A stretch of DNA of 63,611 nucleotides, filler included, from Rhabdomonas costata (lineage: Eukaryota), in NCBI GenBank assembly GCA_019059605.1. It is 50 parts of 50 records of this genome, joined end to end, with 100 filler letters (N's around TTAATTAATTAA, not from the genome) between each part and the next. Parts side by side here need not be neighbours in the genome. Positions count along the whole stretch, not along the records: positions 25,480 to 26,654 come from JAHMHO010025008.1; positions 26,755 to 27,929 come from JAHMHO010025009.1; positions 28,030 to 29,204 come from JAHMHO010025010.1; positions 29,305 to 30,479 come from JAHMHO010025011.1; positions 30,580 to 31,754 come from JAHMHO010025012.1; positions 31,855 to 33,029 come from JAHMHO010025013.1; positions 33,130 to 34,304 come from JAHMHO010025014.1; positions 34,405 to 35,579 come from JAHMHO010025015.1; 42 more parts are not named here. One strand, given 5' to 3'. Made by a program: the position numbers and the translations under genes. Below, one piece after another: positions 25,801 to 38,128 of the stretch. A model generated the notes under the pieces. The model searched no databases. It was not told where the DNA came from and saw only the letters and a program-made list of their open reading frames with translations. The number at the start of each line of letters is the position of its first letter. Position 1 is the first letter of the stretch.

Positions 25801-27144
25801 GCTCACCTCACGCTGCTCTTCTTTCGCGGTTTTTTTGTTGCATTTGGTTGGTCACTCTGTGGATCGTGGGGCCCTCTCAAGCCGCCCTATGGCCTTACTC
25901 GCAAAGTTGCGCCGAAAATTTTCCATGGTAGTTGCCGCCTGGCCTTTCGCTTCCTTTGGCGTGGCACGAGGGAACTTGCGGACCGATCCCCCGGGGCGAT
26001 CAGAAAGGTCTGAAACCAAAAGCAGCGTCTCGTACAAAACACCGACAGCATTCGGGTGGAGCGTGTCTGCAAAGGCCACCTTCATGCAAGGGCGTCCCAG
26101 GGTATCTGTACGAGAAGGTCTTTCTAAGAAAAGATTATGCTGGACCACTTGGTTTCAGTTACCCAGTTTGATCTCAAAGGTTCTACCTCGAGATTGGAAG
26201 TCGGCTGACATGGGATGCGTCCTCTTCCCGAGCTCGCGACTGAATGCCGGTCTGCTTGCGTTGCCACCGCTTCTACCACACCGCCCTTTCTTGGGGGAAA
26301 GCCTCACAGCGGCGGTGCCCTCACAAGTTGGCGGGGGGCATAAAATGGTGAAGAAATAGAGGTTGTCCCAAAGGGGCACGGTCAACAACAGGTCTGGCCA
26401 GCGGACTCTGCGCACAGGAGCACCACAGAAGCACGGAAGGCATGGGACCATCACACCATCACAACCATCGCAGCACCAACCATGACCGCTTTTTGTTTCA
26501 GCCAAATCAGCGGTGCCTTGCGATGTCCTCAGCACACAAGACGAAGAAACCGGGGAAAAGGGCGCAAACAAGCAAGCAGCACGTTTCGGGGTATAATGTA
26601 AAAAAACTAATCGGCCGTGCAAACTGCTTTCTACAGTTCCCCAGCAACCAAACCNNNNNNNNNNNNNNNNNNNNNNNNNNNNNNNNNNNNNNNNNNNNTT
26701 AATTAATTAANNNNNNNNNNNNNNNNNNNNNNNNNNNNNNNNNNNNNNNNNNNNTGTGTTTTGGGGTCCGATGCATTTTGTATTGGGGTGCTATTACTCG
26801 GAATTTGCCGGGGAACGCGATGAACGGTTCCCAGGAAAAAGAAAAGGGACAGAGTTATTTTAGTGGCGCAGGCCAGCGTCGCGGCCGCCGGCGAGGCGAG
26901 GGGGCGACTGAGGCAGGAACGCTGCCTCGGGGGAACTGGGGGAATTTTTAAAGTAATGTGCCGCAAAAGGTAATGTGCCGCAAAAGCGAAGCAAGAGCGG
27001 GTATTCTGATGGCCTACCCACCAGCATAGTTTTGAACCTTCCATTCGTTCAACGTCTTTAATCCGTTTAGCACCCGCCCCACCCCAAAAACAAATTGCAT
27101 CGGACCCCAAAAATCAGCAATAGGGGCAAAAACGTTGCGAACAC

Positions 27145-27841
27145 CCGCGAGGTGATGTGCACCGTGTGCAGCCAGAACGTCCCAGTTGCTAGCTTCAGGC
27201 TGGCATTGACCTCCGGAACGGCAGCCCAGCTCTGGTACCGCTCCAGAAGCCACTACCCCGCCGCTCGGATCGTGGCGTCTGTGGAGTTCACAGGGCTGTA
27301 CAGGACGAAGTCCTGGATCGGCGGGGGGTGAACTATGGGGTTGTTCGTGTCAAAGTTGATCTCCGAATGGGAGAAGAACTTTCCATCCGAGGCCCACACC
27401 ATCACCCCGTCCGGGGTGCGATATGTGAGGAAAAGGCGGTCTGCCGGGGTAGGAACCAAGGACTGCAGCAAGCTGCTCATCCGGTACACAGTGACGGAAA
27501 GCACTATGGTGTATACGGCGCGGCCGTCGGGGAACGGCAGGGTGCATACTAATCTGGTGTACGGGGATCCAAAGAAGGCGAGAAACGAGATCTGGTTGTC
27601 CCAAGTGCAGCTGGGCTTGTCGGGGGGAAGGTCGCTGTTGGGCCACCGAAGAGGGTGAGTGGATGGATTGAAGCAGATCGTGGGCAGCCCGGTGGTGAAG
27701 TTGACCAGGCAGTCCTTGGACACGGAGGCATTGAGGTAAGTGTTGGCAGACAGGGTCAGCATGTACAGAGTGGGGACCACTCGCTGGGTGATGTAGTTGA
27801 AGCTGAGCCAGCAGTAGATGAAGGACTGCAACACTCCAGTC
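27145..27841 (-). CDS. Long (697-nt) exon of a probable extracellular sensor domain (receptor cyclase-like) containing one in-frame TAG at 27255-27253
   Basis: cctag|g TGVLQSFIYCWLSFNY...NSTDATIRAAG*WLLERYQSWAAVPEVNASLKLATGTFWLHTVHITSR|gtgttc; GC3-rich coding bias and N-glycosylation sequons on both sides of the stop. Confidence 0.6.
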
Positions 27842-28130
27842 CTAGGAAAATCCCCGAAAGGGAAAGGGTAATATCGCTGTTTGAAATGTGGGTTTCGCGT
27901 TGAATTGATGAGCCGATCTCCAAAAAACANNNNNNNNNNNNNNNNNNNNNNNNNNNNNNNNNNNNNNNNNNNNTTAATTAATTAANNNNNNNNNNNNNNN
28001 NNNNNNNNNNNNNNNNNNNNNNNNNNNNNGTGGGTGTGGGGAGCGACTGAACCACTGCATTTAGGAGGGATGACGAACGTAGTGAGACATCACGATATCA
28101 AGGGCTATCTTCAGCATCTAGGAGGAACGA

Positions 28131-28696
28131 GCGCAGCGAGTGACGACCTGGTGAACTAAGCGAGGAGCGCAGCGACGAAGCGTTATGAAGGGGCCCCATG
28201 AGCGCATAGCAAATGGGGATACAGGGCGAAGAAGCGCAGCGACTGAGGACGGAAAGAATAGAAGGAGGCATTCGAGGACCCGAGAATGCCGACATCTTCT
28301 TCTATCTTCTACATCTAGGGAGTGAGGGAGCGTAGCGACCTCACGACCAGCAAATACACCAAGGGGCCCCATGGCATTGACCGCAGGGAGATGACATTGG
28401 GATAGAAGGCATTGGTGACTGAGCGTAAGCGCGTAGCGGTGGAGCGAAGGAACCATCATGCATAGGGAGTGAGAGACCGGAACGTAGTGGAGGGATCTCA
28501 CGACCGGCATAAACACAAAATGCCCCTACGTTACTCCTTAGCATCTCTCTGTAAGTGCCCCCAAGTCGAGGAGCGTAGGGAATCAGAGTAATGCATCAGG
28601 TCTCAAAAAGGCATCCGTGGAAGGTCACGAATGATGGGTGCGTAGCGATCCATCCGTAGTAGTAAAGGCATCAGGTGGAAGGTCACGCAGCGAAGC
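28131..28696 (+). repeat. Degenerate internally repetitive region with seven GCGNAGC motifs
   Basis: GCGNAGC at 28131, 28167, 28234, 28330, 28431, 28640 and 28690; also duplicated GGGGCCCCATG, CTCACGACC and AAGGCATC..GTGGAAGGTCACG blocks. Confidence 0.7.
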
Positions 28697-31600
28697 GGAT
28701 TAGAGGGTCATCTTACGCATCTTTACACCCTACCCTTACTCTCTCAACGCTGGTAGAAGGCGTAACGTCATGCCCTACCCTACACCACATGGCCTCAACC
28801 CCAGACCTCCTCAGAAACACGTAGCCCCAAGACACCAACACCAGCATGCACTGTAGAAGCACTGAAGACACAAACCCTCACACCCACTGACCTTGAGACC
28901 CTCCGACGCAAAAACGCACACCCCTCGAACGTAAATCCACGCACCCAGCCAACATCAACACGTAACACCGTAGTACAGCCGTCAACACCAACACGCTCAC
29001 CCTCCGAACCCAACATCACGAAACCCTCTGACCCTGAAACGCGAAAACCACCACACGTCACACCTCAAGGCCTCAACACACTCACAACATCACAGCGTAG
29101 TACTCAGCTTGGCATCGCAGAACTCACACACTCCCCACCGACTTCAACGCATCGACCTTCCACGAAACACGAAACGCACAGCCCCTCCAACTCAACCCCA
29201 CCATNNNNNNNNNNNNNNNNNNNNNNNNNNNNNNNNNNNNNNNNNNNNTTAATTAATTAANNNNNNNNNNNNNNNNNNNNNNNNNNNNNNNNNNNNNNNN
29301 NNNNTGTGTTGTGGACCATTGGACAACGAACAGTTTTGTTATGTTTGTCTCCAATCAATGGTACCTGGTTGCCTTGACTCTGTCCTGGTTACACTTTTTC
29401 CTCCCTCCCCTCCCCTTCCCGCACATATCCCCTGCATCCTTGCCTCCTCAGTTGAACATTCCCTGGACATTGTTCCTGTCAGTCCTCTTCTTGTAGAGCA
29501 GTAGTTCCGCCATTGTTTTCCATGTTCTCGTTTCTCCCTCAACCGAAGGAAAATGAACGCCTCCCCCCCACCATAATATATCGTGGAAAAGCTATATCTT
29601 GTGAAATCTCCTGCTGCAATTTGTGCGCCACCTCGTCCCTTGAGTAAGGGATGGTCTTTGGACTGTTTCAGTCGGTTATTATTGTAGTCGGAGAACTGAG
29701 TGCAGATAAAACTCTCATTGTGCTGTGCTGAAAAGTCTTTAATTGAAACGAACCAGACTCAACGGCGGGGAACGAGCTCGCTCTACAAAATAAACGTGTG
29801 CTTTGCAGCTGCCACGAGCCCTAACTTAATTAAGAAGGAATATATTTGGAAGGGGCGAGGAGAAGGTCATCAACAGCAGGACTTTCCCTTTCTGCAGACC
29901 TGCATTGCTCGACCTTCAAAATTGTTCCGCCATCATCGCATCTTTCGGACAGAATCGACTGAGATGGTTTGAAACAGCCGGAAGGGGCTCCGAAGCTCCG
30001 ATTTGAACGAACGGAAATTTAACTCCTCAATGTTTTGAAGGCCGATTCCTCACATAGTAATCTCAAAGAAAACTCTCGGTTTTTGTGCGCTTGTTTTCTC
30101 ACACCTTTCTTTGTCATCTGCATTCTCTTTGTTCTATAAATCTTCGTGGTTGGTCTCGTCGCTTGACGCTGCGAAGTTGACTTTAGGCTCTGCCTCAAAC
30201 GCTCTTTTTTAAATTGGTTTTCAGTTGCCATACTCTCTGGCTCCTGGTTTTCCGGTGATGGTCGTCGTGTTCCTCATTGGGGTCGTGCCCCCGTCGCGCT
30301 TCCACACCGTTGTGCCCGAAATGTTTATGGCAGTGCCGAGCGGCCCCCGGAACCCACTACCACCACCACTACGACCACCGAAACGAACAGCACAGGATCG
30401 AATGCAGGGTGGGATCCTGCTTTGGATGAACTCCTCCCGTAGCGTCGCCCACCACCACCGCCCAACGGACCAACCACCCNNNNNNNNNNNNNNNNNNNNN
30501 NNNNNNNNNNNNNNNNNNNNNNNTTAATTAATTAANNNNNNNNNNNNNNNNNNNNNNNNNNNNNNNNNNNNNNNNNNNNGGTTTTTGGGGACAAAACTTA
30601 ACAGCTCACCCTACCGGGGGGGGGGGCATAAATGCACTAGCGCCTAAGAAAACCAACCTCAAAAGCAAAAACAGAAAAAGAAAACAGTGTATTCCCTCCC
30701 GCAGCAACGAAACCGTGCAACCCTGTGCTTGCTCGATGAAGCGGAGTGATATCCCAGAACATCGTTGCGGTACCACGTAACTTGGGCACACACACGCTGT
30801 TGAGCCTGGGCATGTTAGGTGGAACGAAGTTGTCAGGAGTGGGGGTGGCCGCGAAGAGAATACGACTACCGCCAGTAGACGAGTAACAGTGGTGTGTTGC
30901 TAAAAACGCATCGAATCGATGAAGTTTGGACACTATTTCTATTGGTGTTGGATAAAGCCGGCACCCGCTTGAAAGAGTTGATTTAGACGTAAAACTTACG
31001 GCGCTCGCTAAGGAGATGCACAACCTATGCAACACAAAAAAGAGCAATCACTTCGCGGGATCTAAATGGTGCCCCGGGACCCCGACTACACAACGCATTT
31101 CACCTGCCTTGGCCCCCAAACCGATGCCAGACCAAACAAACTCACCTTGGGGCACTTGCGTCACTCCTTAGCCACCTACAAGGCCAATAAACTCACGTCG
31201 CAACTCACGGCGCAATGCCCTCTAACTCCCTACGAGACAAAAACCTTTGCTCGGGAGCAAGCGCAACGCCCACTCACTAGCACCTTCACCAGCTGCGCGG
31301 CCCAAGACATCTCAGACCTTCCGAGATGTCTTTTTAGGGCAATAAATCGTCCTTAAGCCATAGTCGGATTCTGCCATTGAAGTAGAGAGGGAGGGGGTAC
31401 ATCTGCATTAGCAGTACCAACTTTATACAGCATTAAGCGCACCCTCGACTAAACTTGTCTAGGAAGTTCGTGAGCCCGACAGCTGGGATGTAGAATACTG
31501 CAGGACTCGTCAACTGCATTCATTCAAATGAAATCAAGCTAGCTCTATTTTGTTTCGAATCTCGGAAATCAGGGGATTTGCAGAGTAATGAAGACCGGGC

Positions 31601-32514
31601 ACGAAAGTCAGGGAGTTTCATTCGCCACTTAGAGGAGGATAATTTGCACTAAACCTGAGCGAACGCAGAAGTCCGCGCTCCCAGATAGCGAGTGGGCCCC
31701 CAATGGGGTTGAGACCCCAGGCGTAGCCAGGCAAACCAAGTAGCAGCCACCACANNNNNNNNNNNNNNNNNNNNNNNNNNNNNNNNNNNNNNNNNNNNTT
31801 AATTAATTAANNNNNNNNNNNNNNNNNNNNNNNNNNNNNNNNNNNNNNNNNNNNTGTTGGGTTTGTGTGGTGTTGTGGTGAAAGGAGAGAGTGAGAGTGG
31901 GGTGAGTGTTTAGAGCGCCGAGCGGGTGGTAGTGGGGAGGGGCATTCTGGTTGCGCCATGCGTGTGTGCGCAGAAAGGGCTTTGACATATCCTGTCTTGG
32001 CATCCCTGAGGTAAACCAGAGTCTGCGAACTCCATCCTCGAGGCAATTAAGACGAACCAGTGTATGGTGACATCCGCGGACTACCAGACAAAGGGGAACT
32101 AAAAACGTCACGTGAAAGAAACATGGCGCCAGAATGCCAGAAGGCCACCTTGAGGGCCCTTGCGGAAAGCCTTGCCGTGCAGCAGGAGGGCATCCCAGCT
32201 TCCCCCCGCGGGAGCCTCAAAGCTGTCAGCACCAGCCGCAGCACCAGCCGCCGTCGTGGGAGAGGGCCCGGCTCCGCCCCCAACACAGAAGGGCAGCTTG
32301 ACCTTCCGTCGCGCGCGCAGCAGCCGCAGCTGCTTCAGCCGTGCCGTTGCAGAGACTAAGAAAACGGAGGGAGTGGGGAGGTAATAGCAGTCTGGAGACG
32401 GGCATGAGGACCGCTACTATTCCTAACAGAAGGTGACAAACACGCGGCCAGGAGTTGTGATTCACTATACAATCTCATCTTGCGCTCATCTTACCTTGTG
32501 TGCTGGCAGTTGCC

Positions 32515-32695
32515 TGACCACTGTAGACTGACGGACGCACGCGCAGTTGCCCATACGGGTTTCGCGAGAGGTTCCGTTGGAGCGAATGACGCCGTGGGGT
32601 ACCGCTCACCGCCGAACCTTCCACATATGGTAACCTCACTTCTGCCCCAGGGGTCCCGGCCATTGTCGCGCATCTGCTCTTTTCCGGCGGCTACC
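32515..32695 (-). repeat. Copy of an unclassified dispersed repeat (homologous to 54203-54318 and 54595-54678)
   Basis: Reverse complement reads ccccacggcgtcattcgctccaacggaacctctcgcga...gcgcgtgcgtccgtcagtctacagtggtca, versus 54595 ccccacggcaccgttcgctccaacggcacctctcgcga...gcgcgtgcgccagtcagtccccagtggtca. Confidence 0.8.
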
Positions 32696-33129
32696 TGCAT
32701 TGCTCCATTGCTGCTCGGGTCTCTGAGAGGAGACTCCACACTCCTTCCTTGGGGGAGTGGGGCCTTTTGAGCGACCCTTTGAGCTTTCCCTTCGGATGGG
32801 TGAACGGGCAGCACCGATATGTGCAGCTGTTGCCGTGCCAGCACATCATTTGTGTATGTGTGTGTGTGTGTTTCGCTTCAACCAAGGATGACCACCGGAA
32901 GCTCACCGAGCCAGAGTTGGTGGAAAAGGACTCGGAGTTTGTTTCCGACTCCTCATTGCGGAGGCAGTGCTCGCTTTCTGCCTGGCAAGCGTGCACCACG
33001 GTCCAGTTTCATGTCGATGCGTCGAGACANNNNNNNNNNNNNNNNNNNNNNNNNNNNNNNNNNNNNNNNNNNNTTAATTAATTAANNNNNNNNNNNNNNN
33101 NNNNNNNNNNNNNNNNNNNNNNNNNNNNN

Positions 33130-34304
33130 AAAGGTCGAGAGGATGAGCCAAAATTGGAGAAAGGATATAGATCGGCTCTGAATGTGCTCCCTGTTGAAGA
33201 CAAAGGCATTCGGAGGCCGCTCAGTCCATCGGCGGAGGCAGAACCGGCGCCTCCCCTAGCGAAAACAAATTCCACCAAGGAAGAGAACTATGCGTTGGTT
33301 CAGAGCAGGCAACGGTTACGGGAAACGTTGTTGCAAAGCACGTCCTCTAAGTTGTCAGAAAGCGCGAAAAAGGTCCGACAATCAGGTGAAGCTCCGGTGT
33401 TGTCCGTGATAACGGAGGGGAAGGATGGCCCTTTCAAAGGTAAGTTCTCGAGTGAACGGTCTGACTGATTGTACCCAAGATAAAGCGTTGCTTTGTGAAT
33501 GGAGTGTTGTGACAGAAGATATTGCGGAGAATGCTTCATTGGAAGAGTGGTTAGAAGATCGGCAGGAGGTAGCCGTCAGCAGCATCCGTCTTGGCAAGGG
33601 AAGTTGCCCGGTACCGCTTTTTGTGCTGCCATTCCAAAAAGTGGGCAAGGAAGTGGATGAGTTCGTCGGGACTCCCCCCGACCCTCCCCCCTCAGCCGCT
33701 ATTGTTTCTGCCGTTGTGGATTAGGAAGATCCAAGTGAGAGCTCTGTTGGACTCAGGAGCGTCGGACTCCTTTATAAGTGAAGAGGTGGTGCAACGTTTG
33801 AGGATACAGCTGTACCAGCTTCAGCAGAAGCTTACAGTGAGAGTGGCCAATTGGGAATGCCTCCCTGTGACTCATTTTGTGAAGATCGTGGGAAGGTTGG
33901 GTGCAATGCCGGTAGCGCTATACTTGAGAGCGATAAATACGGCGATCCCGGTGGTACTGGGATACCAGTTCTTGACTCGGCTACAACCACAGATTGATTG
34001 GAAACGCCGTTTTGTTAAAGTATGGAAAAGCGGACGGATATATGAGATTCAGGCGTTACCAGCTATAGATTCTTTCCGCATCACTTGTCCCACTACGGGC
34101 ATGTTGGAGGTGGGGCGAGACAGCGGACAGGCCAGCGACAGGACCACCGATCAGCCCCAGTTTCCTTTGGTGAGCGCGCCCCCCCATGGCAAGCTCAGCA
34201 GGGGAGGGTAGAACACCCAAACCTGATTTTTTCAGCCAGGTGGATAAAGCGGCCGTGGTACCAGTGGAGACAGAGATCGGGTTTGGGTGTTCTACCCCCC
34301 CACA
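33130..34304 (+). mobile_element. Ty3/gypsy-like LTR retrotransposon fragment with retropepsin (protease core ~33690-34070), frameshifted upstream
   Basis: PLLFLPLWIRKIQVRALLDSGASDSFISEEVVQRL...VRVAN...PVVLGYQFLTRLQPQIDWKRR has the LLDSGA active site and LG-x-x-FL-x5-IDW tail; no introns. Confidence 0.88.
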
Positions 34305-36954
34305 NNNNNNNNNNNNNNNNNNNNNNNNNNNNNNNNNNNNNNNNNNNNTTAATTAATTAANNNNNNNNNNNNNNNNNNNNNNNNNNNNNNNNNNNNNNNN
34401 NNNNCCCGCTTTCCCGAGATGAGGCAATCGATGCAGCAGGGGGGGGGCGATCAAGTGCACAGTGGGACTAAGGGGGAGAATGTGTAAGGAAACAAGGAGC
34501 CCGCATGAGGCGGTGGCACGTTTTTGGGAGCTCGTGGCGTGCCATTTGAAAAAGCACAAGAGCGTGGTAAGGCTATTATAAGGTGGTACTTCACCAGCAT
34601 TTTGTACATGATATGCACTCGTACTTGGGGTTTGCCAACATGGCATCCCAATAGGTCGCACCCAAAAAAGCAACTCCAAGCTTCCTGTGAGACGTTCATG
34701 GATTTTCATTGCAAGTTCTGGAGGTAAATAGTGCTGCAGTAATGAGTTTACCCACATCTTTTTGTGCTTGTGTCACTTACGCCAACCTTGAAGACAGTGG
34801 CGTGTCATTTGCCAGCTAAACATACCAATATGGGCTCTGCGATGCCACCGTGAGATATAGAGCTTGCAAATAAAATACATGTAGAGTCGATCCACCCAGA
34901 GTGCATTTGACCCACTGCAATTCAGAGGCTGTAGGCGTGCGTGACACGGCATGGGCCGTGGAGGGGCTGGAGCCTGGAGTGGTGGTGGATAGTGTTGGGA
35001 TGGGGACTAGTGGGCCTGCCGGGGAAACCGTGGCAGAAGTGCAGCTCGTCGCGGCGGCGGCGTCCTCGGCCTCACCGAAAAGCAACCAAGCACAGGTCCG
35101 GACATCCTGTTGCATTCACTACCTCTCCTGTCCCAGCTGCCGTTTTGGGTTCGCGGGTGGGCAAAAGGAACGCCAGCAAACCGGCCTGTTTTTATACTTT
35201 CTGATCTCCAGATGCAACCCACTGGTATTTTCTTGTGGCTATCTGCGGCTCATTTGTCATTTGATGTTCATGCACCAATGGTGTCCGAAGTGGTCCCAGT
35301 CACCCAAACCAAAGGTGGTCGAACCAGAATGTGACCGTCAGTTTCTTGATTTCAGATGAGACATATTCGATAAAAGGAACTTCTCGCAAACATCCAGCAG
35401 GCACTGTCGTGCAAACTTTACGCTCCTGATATGTGCCATATCTTCACCCCACCGATTGTCCCTGCAACTCCAAAAGTGAGTGGTTAGACGCTTCCACAAA
35501 AAACGTCATTTGGATTTATGGAGATAGGTTGCTTGCTTTTTTTCTGAACCCGACCCGCCAAACACACAACCACACAAAANNNNNNNNNNNNNNNNNNNNN
35601 NNNNNNNNNNNNNNNNNNNNNNNTTAATTAATTAANNNNNNNNNNNNNNNNNNNNNNNNNNNNNNNNNNNNNNNNNNNNGTGGGTTGTCCAGCCATGATT
35701 CGGAAGAATGTGCCTTAAAATCCGACGTTAGCGTTACTGTTAGTGTTGTTGTACATTTTTTAGCGTGTGACGTTTAGTTTGGCTGTTTTTCTGCGTGTCA
35801 GACTACGTCTATCCGCCGAGCCTCTTACGTGCCTCCTATTTCTTGCGGGTGGTCGTGGTTTTTGGGTATTTTTGTCTTGTTTTGTAATTTTGACTGTTGA
35901 TTCTCATTGTTTTCGACAATGTTGTGCGGTTTTTGGTGCTGTTTATTTCTACTAGTAAAACTTGTGACCGTTATCGTTGTTGGTCTTTGCTGGTCTTGGT
36001 GTCGTTTTTTGTTTTTTGGTTTCCGAATTGGGTGAAGGAGTTGTTTGCTTGGTCTTGAATTTTGGTTCTTAGTTTTGGTTCCAGCATAGGTAGTGAGGAT
36101 TTTGTGTTGGAAAGACTCTTGGTATGCTGGGTGGTGTGTGATTGCGTGTGTTGGCTGGTGTTTGTTGGTCTGCTGGTCATTTGGTGTCAGATTTTGCGTT
36201 GCTTTGGTTTGTGGTTTTGGGGGTAAGTAGAGGTAAGTAGAGGTAAGTGGATTTTTTATGCTTGATTGTTCTTGGCATCGGTTGAATTAATGTACGGCGC
36301 GAAAAAGCGGAGCGCTGGTAAGAAAATACAGCAAACCAGCACCTGAAACGAAGGCCAATTGACCTCTTGCTTCGCCAGTTGCACCGAGGACGTGCCATGA
36401 CCGTATGACAATTCAGATTTACATCTTGCTTAACACCACTAGAAGAATCTCAGAGTCTCTACAAGGCACACAAGTAACGCGGTCCTTTCGATGTGATCAT
36501 GTACTAGTAACTGTTGGAGCTACATTTGAAGATGCTGCAAAATCTTGCACCAGTTCAGGTTAGAAGATAACACAAAGACGCAGTCCTCGAATTTAAGGTA
36601 GGTGGCGGCAACGAAAAAAACATGAGCAATTCGTACTTTTACCATCCCATTTCTCTCAAAGCAGCATACAACTCCTCATAAAGCTTCGTTAACTCAAATA
36701 AGGTCCATTGAATGGCTTAGATGCTGGCGCTGAGCGCTCGGAGCTTCAGGACCACATCCACAGCACATCGCGCTGCAATAAGCGCATTAATAGAAATGAG
36801 CCCTATAGTCTCTCCTCAGTAATTGGATTAAAATGCTCTACGTACAAAACTCCCNNNNNNNNNNNNNNNNNNNNNNNNNNNNNNNNNNNNNNNNNNNNTT
36901 AATTAATTAANNNNNNNNNNNNNNNNNNNNNNNNNNNNNNNNNNNNNNNNNNNN

Positions 36955-38128
36955 GGGGTGGTGGAGGAGGAGGTCCACCCCACACTGCGGGACACCGCTC
37001 CCGTCTGCCACGTGGTGCTTTGCATCGGGTCGCTGTTGGGGAGGAACGACACCAGATAGTTCCACATCGGCTTCAGGGTGAGCGGGTTCAGGGGATACAT
37101 CTCTTGCCCGACAACACTGTGAGTCCAAGCAAAAATAGAAAATGTCGTCTTTCAGGGATTCGATAAGAGTCAGATGGCGATGGGGAGACAAACACAAAAA
37201 CCAATTTCGAATGGGGTGGTCCGACAGGTGGTGTTGTAATACGAGAATTAAGAATGAGAGAGAGAAGTACCACGCGGGTGCTGAGACAAAGCTCCCAACC
37301 CTCTTTCGGAGGTGATCTATAATGCCATTGTCGATTGTCGAGGGCCTGTTCCTTGAAGGACCTGGTTCTCATAAAGTTGTCATTGCCAGGAAACAGCTTT
37401 CAGAGCAGAACGCGCAGACGGGTTAATGATATGGCTCTCGGCATGTCCCGAGTGCCATGCACAGGAATTGAGAACGTAAGATGTCGCGGAAGAGCTGCAT
37501 AATGGCTGCATCTAGAGTAATCGCGAATCCCCGCGACAAAACCTCATAGCTTCAACCCAATTGGAAAGTCGACATGATTTACGGCGGACGCATGCCAAAG
37601 CACACGCGTTAGACAGACGGGATGCTATCAAAGGCACTGCTGTCATCATCATTTGCATCACCATTTGAATTATTGGCAAAAGAAACCGGACGAGGACGAC
37701 TCCATCGAACACCGCCAGTGTGGCGTTTTGAGGATGCAACGCATACGCGCAACCCCATCAGGACCGCACGGTAAACCTGTTTGAACAACGGCCAGCACAC
37801 CAGAGTAGACCACAATGCCATCGATTATCACAGATGGTACCACGATATTCGCTTCATACCCAAAGATTAACAAAAACTGACTGAACGGTCCGTACTCAAA
37901 GACACACCTGCAGTTGCTTCCAGGGAAGTTCGCCGTGTCGTTGCACACAGAGACGTTGAGGTTGCAAAACAAGGCCATCAGCGGTGAAGTGACAAAAACC
38001 ATGCATCGGCCGCGCCCCGGTGCTCCAGGCCACATCACTTGGGAGATCGTAAAAACCCCAGGCGTGCTCATCAGGTTGGCCATCGTTAGCGGCCTCCACA
38101 TCGCATAGGCATTGGCAAAGTCGTCCAA
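36955..38128 (-). CDS. Two exons (38128-37908, 37116-36955) of an unknown, probably extracellular Cys/Asn-rich domain
   Basis: ...FCNLNVSVCNDTANFPGSNC(S)|VVGQEMYPLNPLTLKPMWNYLVSFLPNSDPMQSTTW; phase-2 GT-AG join and strong GC3. Confidence 0.55.
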
